A stretch of DNA of 64,000 nucleotides from Octopus sinensis (GCF_006345805.1 NC_043000.1:58156001-58220000), one strand, 5' to 3'. Shown: positions 12,590 through 25,111, numbered from the stretch's first letter. The notes: a model not told the origin generated them from the letters alone. Numbers and translations are program-made.

Positions 12590-12962
12590 TTTACTTGTTC
12601 CAGTCATTGCTGGAGCACTCACTGTCTTGAAGGGATTGGAGTCAAACAGATCAACCCCAGTACTCACTTTTCAAGCCTGCTACTTATTATGTCAGTCACG
12701 AAATGCCAAGTTAGGGAGACATAAACAAACCAATAGTGGAGGTAGTTGGGAAAACAAACACAGACTCTTAGACACACACACACACAATTATATATTTATA
12801 TATCATGGGTTTCCACATAGCTTTCATCAATGAAATTCCTTTACAAGGCACTGGTTGTCCTGGGGCTAAAGCAGAAGATATTTTCCCAAAATGCTTTACT
12901 ATGGGATTGAATCCAAAAGCATGTGGATGCAAAGCAAGCTTCTTAACTACACAGTCATGCTT
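12590..12962 (-). mobile_element. Old SINE family A copy
   Basis: Diverged match to the family A tail, body and head. Confidence 0.7.
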
Positions 12963-13523
12963 ACTCTTATAGGGATTTCAACCTGCAATCCTCAGACTAT
13001 ATGTTTTTACTGTCTTTTTAATCATGTTTTTTTATGATTTTTTTACATCATATATCTTTATTTCTTAGATTTTTTTATGTTATGATTTTGTAATTTTTTT
13101 ACTTTTCTTTTAATATTTTTGTAATTTTTTTACTTTCCTTTTTTATATTCTTATAATTTTTTTTAGATTTAAGTCATAATATTTAAGTCATAGATTTAAG
13201 TTATAATTATTTAAAAAAATTTTTTGTCTTTTTACATTTTATAATTTTTTACATTTGAGTCTTTATATTTTTATAATTTTTTCTTCTTTTGTGTGGTTTT
13301 ATATTTTCAAATTTTTTCATGTTTGTGTCTTTATATTTTTATAATTCTTTTAATTTTCAATCTTTTTATGTTTTTTATAATATTCTATCTTTGTGTAATT
13401 TTATATTTATATACATTTTTTCAATTATTTTTCAGTTTTGAATAAGTGTTTATAATTTTTACTTTCTATATTTTGTTCTTATAACTTTTTAAAATTTTGT
13501 ACATTTTAATATTTTTGTACTTC

Positions 13524-13737
13524 AAGGAGGTGAGCTGGCAGAAATGTTAGCACACCAGGCGAAATGCTCAGTGGTATTTAATCTGTCTTTATGCTCTGAG
13601 CTCAAATTCCACTGAGGTCGACTTTGCCTTTCATCCCATCAGGGTCGGTAAATTAAGTACCAGTTGCATACTGGGGTCAATCTAATCGACTGCCCCAACT
13701 CCCCGAAATTTCAGGCCTTCTGCCTAGAGTAGAAAAG
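13524..13737 (+). mobile_element. Deu/Nin-like tRNA SINE, full length
   Basis: Perfect 16-bp TSD aatatttttgtacttc (13508-13523 / 13738-13753); gaggtcgactttgcctttcatcc domain. Confidence 0.9.
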
Positions 13738-14082
13738 AATATTTTTGTACTTCTTTCCTCCATCATTTTATAATTTTTTTAGCATTGTTTTACTTATTTT
13801 CATATTTTTATAATTTTCTGTATCTTTTCATATTTTTATGGTTTTTATCAAACTTCTGTGTATTTTTACATTTTTATAATTTTTCACTTCTTTTCTTTTG
13901 TGTTACTTTTATTTTCAGACTTTTTCATTTTTGATTTAATGCTTTTTTTTTACTTTCATGCTTTTCACTTTAATTATTTTTCCTTTAGCCTTTTTAATTT
14001 TTTCTACTTTTATCTTTTGTATCTTTTCCTTCTCTTTTTCTTAGACTGTAGCCATGTTGGGCCAATTACCTTTTATAGACAA

Positions 14083-14465
14083 CTAGCAGTATCGCCCGGC
14101 GTTGCTCAGGTTTGTAAGGGAAATAACTATAAAGCATTTTTAGAGAGTTATAGCCAAAAAACAGCAAAAAATGGAAAAAAAATGATGGTAAATTTTTTTT
14201 TGAGAGTAATAAAAGGTTGAGTTGCGTCCCCTAGACAGTCTGTGGTTTGTTTTTTTTATTCTCGACCCCATGTCGAATTTATCGATTTTTTTCAGAACTG
14301 GGGGAACTTTTCAAAATTTTCGCTGCGTTAGTTTGAATTATGACATTGGCTATGTGTGTGTCAAGTTTCATCAGAATCGGTTGAAAGCCGTGGTCAGGGT
14401 GAGGGTACGAGAAAACAGACACACAGAAACACGCACAGACAAACTGCCGTTTATATAGAGAGAGA
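14083..14465 (-). mobile_element. Non-autonomous Helitron-type element
   Basis: Minus strand: A^TC start, subterminal hairpin cctgagcaacgccggg, CTAG^T end; no TSD. Confidence 0.8.
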
Positions 14466-14749
14466 TTACATTTATGGGTATTGATTAACAACTTTTCTCT
14501 GTGTTCTCAACTCTGGTCTGTCTTTTCTGCTTCTGCCCAGTTGCACCCTGCTTTTCAGCTCTGCCTCAGTATTTCACCTCTAGTTATATTTAGTGTGTCC
14601 TCATTTCCACTTCCCTTACGGAATTCAGCTCAAGCCCTGACATGTAATGCAGGATGCTGGTTTCCTAATAGTAAACACTATCTTCAAACAAAATGCCCTG
14701 TGGTATTCAGTTCCAGCCATTTATGTTCTGAGATCATATCCTTCTGTTG

Positions 14750-15405
14750 TCAATTTATGGAATCATGAAGAGGATTCTAACTGGGCCCCACCGGCAAGTT
14801 CATGCACTATTTATCTTGATAGGCATAGGAGTGGTTGTGTGGTAAGTAGCTTGCTTACGAACTACATGGTTCCGGGTTCAGTCCCACTGCATTGCACCTT
14901 GGGCAAGTGTCTTCTACTATAGCCTCGGGCCAACCAAAGCCTTGTGAGTGGATTTGGTAGATGGAAACTGAAAGAAGCCCATATTATATATATATATATA
15001 TATAAGTATATATATATATATATATATGTATGTACGTGTGTGTGTATATGTTTGTGTGTCTGTGTTTGTCCCCCCCCCAACATCACTTGACAACCGATGC
15101 TGGTGTGTTTATGTCCCTGTAACTTAGCAGTTCGGTGAAAGAGACTGATAGAATAAGTACTAGGCTTACAAAGAATAAGTCCTGGCATCGATGTGTTCGA
15201 CTAAAGGCTGTGCTCCAGCATGGCCTCAGTCAAATGACTGAAGCAAGTAAAAGAGTAAGAGTATATGAGATCCCCATGTCACACACATATGATTGTGATG
15301 CATTTGCCTAATGTACTCCTTATCAGATGAGTAGTCATGATGGGTATATTGGGCTTCATATACTTGTGCCCAGATTCAATTTGATGGTTTGCACTACCCT
15401 CTCAC
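14750..15405 (+). mobile_element. (AAT)n-associated repeat, copy 1, interrupted by a SINE
   Basis: tatcttgat|SINE|atgagatc rejoins to match the reverse complement of 16025-16210. Confidence 0.65.
14821..15260 (+). mobile_element. CORE-type SINE family A, full length, young
   Basis: Close match to 9288-9697 (inverted) and 54079-54480. Confidence 0.9.
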
Positions 15406-15407
15406 TC

Positions 15408-15441
<34 letters not shown>

Positions 15442-15444
15442 GCA

Positions 15445-15860
15445 ATAAATGCCCTGATGCAGTACCAGGCAGTGACTCTTAAGTGATTAGAAGTGTTATC
15501 ATGTACATTGTTTTGTCTTGGTTTAAATGATGGGCTTTATCAAATATTCTGCTCAATACCACAGATTTGCTTGTCAGTTGTTTGACTTTAACTAGTTGAG
15601 CATGTCCCTTAGTGGCTGATGATATGTGCATCTTTTATCACAAACAAAAGTAGTGGGGAGCATCATAGCCATGTGTTGAGAGGGATTCTTTGAGGCTTGG
15701 ATAATTCACCTCTGGAAACATGGGTGTTTCATTCAACGTCCTCAAACAACCCTTATTCAGGGACCTTTTGAGTAGGATGGGCTGCTTGATCTGAAGAAAA
15801 TTTTAACTGGGCTCCATCTGCAAGATCATGCACTGTTTATCTCGATATGAGATCACCCTG
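15445..15860 (+). mobile_element. (AAT)n-associated repeat, copy 2
   Basis: Starts aataaatgccctgatgcagtacc after an (AAT)n run; reverse-complement match to 16150-16570. Confidence 0.7.
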
Positions 15861-15871
15861 TCATGCACATA

Positions 15872-16000
15872 TTCTGAGTTCAAATTCCACTGAGGTTGAC
15901 TTTGCCCTTCATCCTTTCAGATCTGATAAAATAAGTACCAGTGTAATTGACTCATCCCCCTCCCCCAAAATGGCTGCCCTTGTGGCAAAATTTGAAACCA
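15872..16000 (+). mobile_element. Deu/Nin-like SINE fragment
   Basis: ttctgagttcaaattccactgaggttgactttgcccttcatcctttc. Confidence 0.75.
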
Positions 16001-16004
16001 TTAC

Positions 16005-16024
<20 letters not shown>

Positions 16025-16044
<20 letters not shown>

Positions 16045-16580
16045 GAGTGAGTGAGCAACACATGTTATCAAAGTTACACTGGGGTACAAATATATAAATC
16101 TCAGTATACCCATCATGACTACTCGTCTGATAAGGGTGCACCAGGTACATGCATCACAACCATGGCGATCTCATATCAAGATAAACAGCACATGACTTTG
16201 TAGGTGGGGTGCAGTTAGAATTTTTATCAACTCAAGTAGCCTATCCTGCTCAAAAGGTTTCTGCATAAGAGTTGCTTAAGGATGATGAATGCAACACCCA
16301 GGTTTTCAGTAGTGAATTATCCAAACCTCAAATAATTCCTCTCAACAAGTAGCTTTGGTGCTCCCACACAACTCCTGCTCATGATCAGAGATGCACATCA
16401 GCCATTAAGGGACATGCTCAACTGGTTAAGGTTAAAGAACTAACCAGAAAATCTGTGATATTGAGCAGAATATTTGATATAGCCCATCTTTTACACCAAG
16501 ACAAAACAGGTACATTCTAACACTTCCAGTCAGTTAAGACCAGAAGCCATGAGAGCCAGGGCATTTATTATTATTATTAT
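16025..16580 (-). mobile_element. (AAT)n-associated repeat, copy 3, apparently complete
   Basis: Bounded on both sides by (ATT)n runs; homologous to copies 1 and 2. Confidence 0.7.
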
Positions 16581-16717
16581 TATTATTATCTTCTTCTTTC
16601 AATTTTGTTTCTATTTCTTTCTGAATGTCTTCCCAACACCTAGGGCAAAGAAACTCACTTTATTCATTGGTAGGCCATTAAAATAAACACACCAGATTGT
16701 TCATTTACAAAGTCGTG

Positions 16718-16768
<51 letters not shown>

Positions 16769-17112
16769 TTCTTTTTCTTCTCTTCTTTGGTAATCCTGCC
16801 CCACTATTGGATTTCAGTTGAAAAATCTAGCAGGTCACAAGTCCTGGTTCCAATCTGCAGACAAGAAGTAAAAGAGAGAACAACATATTGATCTATTGGT
16901 TTATTGATTGCTTTAAGCCAGTATCATATGACAGCAGCTGGCATGAGATAGAACCAACTAATGCTGGCAGTGGTTAGCCATAGCAGGTCAATAGCTACAA
17001 AATTAATCAAACTACCAAGTCCAAACATTGTTATAGAAAGGGAAAACATTGACAGTGAAAGTAAAGGCTGGTGGGGAAAGAATGGGTGTCAGGAAAAGGA
17101 GGTTTGGGGGCG

Positions 17113-17314
<202 letters not shown>

Positions 17315-17699
17315 TGGCACTGCTTGTGGTTGTGGTGGTGGTGGTGATGGTGGTGGTGGAAATAGTGATGAGCCAGTGGGGGAAATGATGACAGGCTGGA
17401 AAGAACAATGGAAAAAGAAGAGGGCAAAAAATATAAAAATATAGGTATATATGTAAGCGAAAGAAAGATGTAAAGCATAGATGATAAAAGAAGGGAAAAA
17501 GAGAAAGTGAGAAGAAAAGAGAAGTTGGGGGAGAAAAGGAAGATTAGGAAGAGAAAAATAAGAAAAGAAAATAGAAAAAGGAGACTTGAAAGATAGAAAT
17601 ATCAAGATTAAAATATAGAAAGCGATAAGTGAAAAGAAATAGTTATCCATGCCTTCTTATTTAACCATCAAATCAGAAGAGGGTTACACCTAGTGTAAA

Positions 17700-18310
17700 C
17701 CTTGAAAGCCCTTTAATTTCATATCACCAGTGGAATTTCTTCCCAAATGAAGTATCAAATGATTTTTGGAAGCTTTCAATCCTGGTGTTGATTTTCTTTT
17801 TTTCAAGAAGTTCTAGCAGGTATGCGCTTCCACAAAAGTGCAGTCTCATCAACATTGTGTACTTGCTTTGGTATGTAACCTTCTTCAGCAATCATTTTCT
17901 TTAGCCGCTCTGGATAATTAGTAGTAGCCTCTTTATCAGCACTTGCAGTTTCACTTGTCACTTTTAAATTGTGCAAATTCATGTACTTTTAAACCTTTCA
18001 AACCAGCTTTTACTAGCCAAAAGAGGATTTTCATAAGAAGTTTCACCTTTGCTTTTTGGTAAATCATCATGCAAACTTTTGTTGTTGATTTTTTTTTAAT
18101 AACCATAATGTTTATCCATACATTGCACTGATTCTGAGCCCTGATTTATATATATTCAAGAGTTGTTCCATTTTAAGCTTTACATTAGATCTATGGAAAT
18201 ATAAGGTCTTTGCACAATTAACATGGCAAACTTAGTTTTACTTCTGCATCAAGACTTTTTTAAAACATCAAGTTTAATATCCAGTTCAAAGACTTTTCGT
18301 TCAACTTTTA
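17700..18310 (-). mobile_element. Tigger/pogo transposase pseudogene fragment
   Basis: Minus strand RKVFELDIKLDVLK (CENP-B HTH), ASKSWFERFK, LHNLKVTSETASADKEA..YPERLKKMIAEEGYIPKQVHNVDETALLWKRIPART. Confidence 0.9.
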
Positions 18311-18821
18311 AAATACACTATGATACCACATTATAAGTTTTTATTTGAAATGGATTTGCTTAGCTTCTTCATACTCTGTATTATTGTTGTTGGTGGTGGC
18401 TAGGTTTGTGTTAATGATTAAACACACACACACATGTATGCATGCACACATACATAGATACATACATACATACACACACGCACACACACACACATATACT
18501 CATATATACATTATATACATGTGCATGTGCATGCATGAATGTGTGTAACATAATGATAGTTTATTTTCAAATTGTTAACTATATACTTCAATCTTAACTG
18601 AAACATAAGTGGTCATTAAGCTAAGAAGTAAGTGTAGCTTTAAATTGTTAACAATTTATAACTATATATGAGTTTCCATAAGTGCAAAATTACAGACTTG
18701 TATCCCAAAATTAATGGTCATACTTTACAATTTCTATAAGTGCAAAATCCCATAACCTGGGGGGAATGTAACACAGGGGATGCCTGTACTCATCTTTGTT
18801 GTTCAAATACACCCTGAGTTA

Positions 18822-18972
18822 CTTCTCTTAGTATGCATTCTCAGGTTCAGACCCACTGCTTGGCACCTTGGCAAGTGCTTTCTACTATAGTTCCAGGTTA
18901 ACCAAAGCCATGTAAATGAATTTGATAGGCAGAAGCTTAGAGACGGCTGTCATATATTTACACACACACATA

Positions 18973-19008
<36 letters not shown>

Positions 19009-19235
19009 CGTGTGCGTTTGTGTTGGCTCATGTTTTGATATCAATGGTTAAGACATGGGCACAAGCACACACACACACACACTCACAAAATGTGTCTGGC
19101 TATGAGAAATACTACTTTGTTAAGAAACAGGTCAGTGTTGATGACTTGAGGGGCATCAGGCCATACAAAAAATTTGCCTCAACAAATTCCAACAAATTCC
19201 CTGCAAACATGAAAAAATGGATATTTAAATGATAA
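18822..19235 (+). mobile_element. Composite SINE: family A head + (CA/TG)n + RTE-like tail
   Basis: Same layout as 59820-60400. Confidence 0.6.
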
Positions 19236-19262
19236 TGATGGTGTTGGAGGTGATGGTGATAA

Positions 19263-19294
<32 letters not shown>

Positions 19295-19879
19295 ATTATA
19301 ATGATGATGATAGTGGTGGTGGTGGTGGTGATGATGATGATAATGATGATGATAGTGGTGGTGGTGGTGGTAGTGATGATGATGATGATAATGGTGGTGG
19401 TGGTGGTGGTGGTACAGGCGATGATGATATATATGTGTGTGTGCGTGTCAAAGTGTGTTCGTATTTCCCTTTTCTACATGCATGTTATAATTCACTGATT
19501 GTAAACAATGGTTTTGCTAATGATACTGTTTTGCTTACAGTCCAGTACAAAAGCACATCCATGTTGTATGACATGTTTTGACATGTACGATCTTCATAGA
19601 GTGTCATTTGTTTTCTAGTTATTGCCAGTAAATACGTCCAAGCTGTTTGTTATTGTTTGACAGAGCGAGAGAGAGAGATTATAACCATCTCACTTGGAAA
19701 CAAGTGGAGGTTAGAAACAGGTAAGGCATCCAACCATAGTAAAGTCTATACCAACATGCAAGCCTGGAAAAGTAGACATTTAAAAATAATGATGTTGATG
19801 ATGATGATGATGATACTGATGATGATGATGATATTAAACATCTCTGAATTCATAAGTACCAACATTTTAAGGTATCTTT

Positions 19880-20282
19880 TATCTTCTACTTGTTTCAGTA
19901 ATTAGACTGTGGGTATGCTGGGGCACTGCCTTGAAGAATTTTTAGTCAAATGAATCAAACTCAATACTTTTTGTTTTTCTTTTTAAGCCCGGTACTTATT
20001 CTATCGGACTCTTTTGCTAAACTTCTAAGTTATTGGGGATGTGAACACACCAACACCAGTTGTCAAGCAGTGGTGGGGGGATAAACACAGACACAAACAC
20101 ACACGCAAATATATATACAACAGGTTACTTTCAGTTTCTGTCTACCAGATCCACTCACAAGGTTTTGGTTGGCCTGAAGCTATCGTAGAATACGTTTGCC
20201 CAAAGTTCCATGCAGTGGGACTTGATCCAGAACCATGTGGTTAGCAACAAAATTTCTTACCACACAGCGACATCTGCACCTG
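19880..20282 (-). mobile_element. CORE-type SINE family A
   Basis: Full head-core-tail match. Confidence 0.85.
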
Positions 20283-21481
20283 TATGTTGTTGATATTTTA
20301 AGAATTCTCGCAGGTAAGAATAAATTTTCTATAATGGATTGAGAAATTCAAAGGATTATTTTGGTTCAATGGTAAGACAGCTGTCATGTTTACAGGGATG
20401 TGGGTTCAAGTTCCATAGGTAGCCTTCGACTTTTTCTATTCAAAGGGTTTTTAATTCAATATTTACATGCTTTTATTTATAGCTTTATCATCTACTGCTG
20501 CATTCCATAAACAATGCATTTTTTTAATACTTTTTTTATTTATCAAAATTAAGATTGAGTTCTTTTTTAATCTAAAATACACTCTCCTTCGTTTTCTACA
20601 ATGCTCTTCGATCTATCTGGTAGACTTGCAAGGTCCCTCTTCCAAAATTCACTTGTCAGTGATGAAAAATACTCCTCCAATACTGTTCTGACCTCGTCTA
20701 CAGAATTCATATTTTTTCTGCCCAAATGATTTTGAAGACTGCAGAATAAATGATAATCAGATGGGGCAATGCCCAGAAAATATGGTGGGTGGGGCATCGT
20801 TTCCCGGATTGTCATCCTCGCTGTATGTGGCCAAGCATTATCCTGATGGAAGAACACCTTTCGTCTTGAAACCAAAGATGGTTGTTTTTCTTCTAGCGCT
20901 GACTTAAGCCACTCAAGCTGCTCACAGTAGATCTCCTTTGGTTTGAGTTTAAAAGTTCAAAATGGACTAAACCTCTCATATCCCATCAAACAGATAGCAA
21001 CACCTTATGTGGGTGAAGACCTTCTTTAGCTTGAGGTGCCGATGTTTCTCCTTTCCTTATCCACTGTCTTCGGCACTTGACATTTTTATAGAGAACCCAT
21101 TTCTCATCACCAGTCACTATTCACTCAAAAAATGGTTCATTCATGAGATGTGACAACAAAGAAGAGCACACATTCACCCCCTGCATGTGATTAGACTTGG
21201 AAAGTTTGTGAGGAATCCATTGACCTAATTTGCTGACTTTTCTGATGGCACACAGCATCAATGAATGGTTGAATGACCAAATCCAAGCTTCTCTGCTAGT
21301 TCCTCAACAGTTACGATGGGATTTTATTCCACCAGAGTTTGCAGGACATCCTCATCAAGCTCTACAGATCTTCCAGGACAAGGCTTGCCTTCTAGGCTGT
21401 AGTTTCTGGCTCGGAATTTCTGGAACCACCATTGACACTGGCTTACACTTATTGTCCGATCCTCAAATACTGCATTAATAT

Positions 21482-21558
21482 ACATATGGGCATATAGCGT
21501 AGTGGTTAAGAGCACAGACTACTAACCCCAAGATTCTGAGTTCGATTCCAGGCAGTGA

Positions 21559-21596
<38 letters not shown>

Positions 21597-21747
21597 TAAT
21601 AATAATAATAATAATAACATTAAAAAATACCTTAGGAATGAGAACCCAGGTTCGAAATTTCCCCAAGACACCTGATGAATGCTGGAGGGGGTATCAGCTG
21701 AAACGTGTTAACAACAAACAAGATGAGGACAAATGTAAATAATGTAC
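21482..21747 (+). mobile_element. tRNA-derived SINE carrying a hammerhead-like module
   Basis: Perfect 13-bp TSD actgcattaatat (21469-21481 / 21748-21760); A box tagcgtagtgg, B box gagttcgattcc, (AAT)n, then CTGATGA..GAAAC. Confidence 0.8.
21666..21709 (+). ncRNA. Hammerhead-like motif lacking the cleavage triplet
   Basis: gacac CTGATGA at gctg gagggggtat cagc t GAAAC gtgtt; stem I gacac/gtgtt. Confidence 0.55.
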
Positions 21748-22049
21748 ACTGCATTAATATTCCTTGCACTTTCTGTTGTGTTGTTGCTTTTATCTCATAA
21801 AGCAAACTATGCCCAACATGCACCTTTGTTACTTCCATTATAGCTTTAAAAAATGTTAAAATCGAACTGCACTCTTCAAAACATGTATTAAAAATAAGAA
21901 CAAGGTAAAATTACTACCTGCTTTGATAGCAAGTTGATACAGGTAATTTATCCTGTCCCCCTCCAACTTTTAGTTCAGGCAATTGAAAATTCCGCATTAT
22001 TTATGGGATGACCCAATAAAAAAAGGCTTAATGTATGGTTTTATCATAC

Positions 22050-22165
22050 TTGAATGGGTCAAGAGATCTTCTTCAGCACTGTGTGTTGCCAATGGTCAAA
22101 GTCCCCATTATGATTCACAGTACCTTGAGATCAGTCTTCACCATCTTCATCATAAATGCTTTCTG
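22050..22165 (-). mobile_element. RTE ORF 3'-end fragment
   Basis: MVKTDLKVL ... acagtgctgaagaagatc..gacccattcaagtatg resembles the RTE C-terminus and tail. Confidence 0.5.
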
Positions 22166-22299
22166 ATGGGATTGAACTTATGAATCTTTATGGTGGATCA
22201 GAATATTGGAACCTAGTATATAACTAAGTAATGATTCCAGTTCATTGTCATTCCTAATCATAGTTACAAACACATTACTTGCTTGCTTGCTTCATGCAC

Positions 22300-22545
22300 T
22301 TGCTTGATGGGGCCGGGGATCAGGAGTCATCCCAGGTTAGTGGTCCCAGACAAGTCATTATGTATAGATGTGATCATGCATAGAGCTGACCAGATCCAAC
22401 AGTGCTCTTCATCGCTGGTGGTCTCATGCCGGCCCCTCTGCATCCTCCAAGGTGATATTGAGCCTCTGGATATCTTCCTTAACCATGTCCAGCCATTACC
22501 AACTCGGATTTCTAGAAGCTTCCTGCTACCACTCTAAAGTTGTTA
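22300..22545 (-). mobile_element. RTE ORF 3'-end fragment
   Basis: WLDMVKEDIQRLNITLEDA on the minus strand. Confidence 0.7.
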
Positions 22546-22775
22546 TTGTTGTAGTTGTTTGGCTCCAAGTCAACCTTAATCAAACAGATCTATGATGAAG
22601 GGTTTTTCAGACCTAATATCATGTCAATTTTTTTTCAGGTCTAGTGTATCTAGGACTACTTAATTCAATATGTCTTTTCATTTCATAAGACAGTAGGGTG
22701 AGACATAAGGTAGATTTGGCTGCTATTTCTAGCAGGTTGTATGAGACAGTAAAGGTTTCCTATTCTCGCAAAATA
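22545..22775 (-). mobile_element. SINE-like family C (ctagaaatagcagccaaatc; (CAA)n tail)
   Basis: Related copies at ~1795-1880, 5140-5330, 10300-10450, 26810-26950, 27440-27580, 31400-31580, 31655-31885 and 50690-50860. Confidence 0.7.
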
Positions 22776-23689
22776 GTTGTGAGTGGTCTTGAAAATTAAC
22801 TGACAACTAGCTTATCAGTTTCTACAATATTTCTACAACTTCTGAAGAAGCTGTAGAAGTAAGAACTTTTAGCAACATATGGGTTAGCTAATAAATATTT
22901 GGTACTATCTACTGCCTCTGTAACTAATGGAAAAATCTGAGGTTAGAATTGCAGTTTAAGGCATCAGTTATAAAGATCACTTCCTATATGTCAATAAAAA
23001 GTCAGAACTACTGAGGGTAAAGCCTTTATTTTATATTTGTTACTAGTGGTAGGCTATAAACTGACAGTACTTCAACAGAGAAAGATAATTCTTTATGAAT
23101 TACACAATACCACAGAACCTGCCAGTCTTCTAGTTGAGTTTTGAGTAGCCAAGAGCATGAAGCAAGCAAGCAAGTAATGTGTATGTAACTATGATTAGGA
23201 ATGAGAATGAACTCAGGAATCATTACTTAGTATATGTACATTGTATCAACCTGGATTTGCTCATTCAGAGCTGAACAATTCATTTTTTTCTTACAGGAGA
23301 AATTGAACTCAGTTCTAAGAATCAATGAAATTATTGTTAATTTTACAATACAGTTCCTATTTATGATGTTGAAGTGTACCACCCTGAGATATCTACTTAA
23401 AGTTAGTGGACTTTGTTTCTTAGACATAAGTGTCTAAATTATTGTAGCTCTATCCAATATGCTGCCAAACTGAGCCCTCATATAGAACAGCATTTAACTG
23501 ACATTGCTGACAACAACGGACTTTACTATAAGGTCTAATGGTGGACTAAAGAAGATTGAATAAAATATTTTCATGAAGCAATTAAGCATTTACTGAGGAA
23601 TTTCAACAAAATTATCAAAAAGCCGCTTTCTTTTCAAAATGAGATCTTTTGATTTTCTTTCAAAGAACCAAAATATAAAAATTGTTTAC

Positions 23690-23865
23690 CCATGCTAGTG
23701 ACACGTGAAAAACACCCACTACACTCTTGGAGTGGTTGGTGTTAGGAATGGGATCCAGTTGTAGGAACCATGCTAAATCAGATTAGAACCTGGTGCAGCT
23801 TACCAGTTTTCAGTCAAACCATCTAACCCATGTCAGCATGGAAAACAGACATTAAATGATGACAC
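23690..23865 (+). mobile_element. RTE 3'UTR fragment
   Basis: ggagtggttggtgttaggaatggg...cagcatggaaaacagacattaaatgatgac. Confidence 0.75.
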
Positions 23866-23879
23866 AAAAGCAGCAATTT

Positions 23880-24065
23880 CAAAGAGAAGGGTTAATTGAT
23901 TACATCAACTCTAAAACTTGACTGTAACTTTATTTCATCAATCTCAAAAGAATGAATGGCTAAGTTGACCATGGTGGAATTTGAACTCAGAATGTAAAGA
24001 ACAAGAAAACATATTGTAAGGTATGGTTGTCCAATGCTCTAATGATTCTGCCAATCAGCCACCTT
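23880..24065 (-). mobile_element. Old Deu/Nin-like SINE
   Basis: gttgaccatggtggaatttgaactcagaatg...ctgccaatcagccacctt. Confidence 0.65.
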
Positions 24066-24735
24066 AAAGGTAATTAATTATAGTAAAAAAAAAAATAGTT
24101 TCTTTCAGTCTCATATCAATTTATTCTATTTCAAAGCACTATCTTCAATTGAGAGCAAATAATTTTGCTAAACAAAAGATTCATTACATGTGTATAAAAT
24201 ATTGGATTTGGAGAATATATTAGAAAATTGATTCATTGAAATAATGTTCTTTTAATTGCTATTTTATATATCAATTCTTTAAAACAAAATTCACAGCAGA
24301 TAAACAAAACATAATTTTTTCAAATCAATAAAACAATCTAAATGTATGAAATTTGCATTAAAATTGATTCTCTTTTCTTATTTTGTTTAACTTCAAAGTA
24401 ATTATATCATTCTTGTGTATTGGGGAAACAAACTGGATCTGTAAATGCTCATCTTAAAATTGAATCAATATATGATGACATATAGCAGAAAGAGTAGAGC
24501 ATCAGACTAACTTTTTTACTGTACTGGAGTCTCTTCTCTATATATTCAGAATTCAAATTTCTCAGTTTGTTGTTGTTGAGAAGTCCAGTGATCTAAACAT
24601 TCCAGCTGTGATACTCCCATAACTTTTGAAGGAGTTTATAGGGCTACATTTACTAATGCATCTTTATTTAAAAAAGAAAGACTGTTGTGGTGTAATTTGA
24701 TGGGTATTTCTTATGGGGTGAACATTCATGCAGAT

Positions 24736-25111
24736 CAGTGGTTCTTAACCATTTTTTAAACCTATGGATCCCTTTGATTACTATTTTATTTTGGTGGACC
24801 ACCATAGACATTCAATATTTAAAAATTAGTTTTATAGATACTTATTTCAAAATTCCTATTTTGTTTCTCACTCATTCAGTTGTGTAGGTTTGCAATAACA
24901 CTCTCTGAGAAAAGATGTTTCAATGGCTGAAAACATGCTGAATTATGTAAAACATTAGAGAAAGAAGCCTAGCTGCTTCTTGCAATAAATTCATTTAAAG
25001 CAAAATGTTTTTCGTGGACCCTTAAAATACTACTGTGGATCTCTGATTTACTATTTTGTTTGCATGGATCTCATATCCAAATCTGATATGGACCCTGGTT
25101 GAGAACACCTG
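24736..25111. mobile_element. hAT (Charlie-like) MITE
   Basis: TIRs cagtggttcttaacc / ggttgagaacacctg; 8-bp TSD atgcagat/atgtagat; sister copy at 57463-57777. Confidence 0.85.

Larger units (their letters stand above)
12350..14040 (+). repeat. Long T-rich low-complexity tract interrupted by SINEs
   Basis: Continuous ttttat/ttttc/tttta-type sequence with strong strand asymmetry. Confidence 0.85.
20495..22016 (-). mobile_element. mariner transposon with SINE insertion
   Basis: Degenerate TIRs with TA flanks; ATG at 21838 (MEVTKVH), SVSQCQWWFQKFR, HQDNAWPH...HPPY...APSDYHLF; internal deletions. Confidence 0.9.

Noticed and set aside
23299-23520. Strong-looking acceptor ttttttcttacag with short open frames
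   Set aside because: No recognisable protein and no convincing donor
24395-24445. Possible exon YIILVYWGNKLDL resembling a small-GTPase NKxD motif
   Set aside because: The motif is interrupted by YW, it is followed by a stop or a very weak donor, and no other GTPase exons were found
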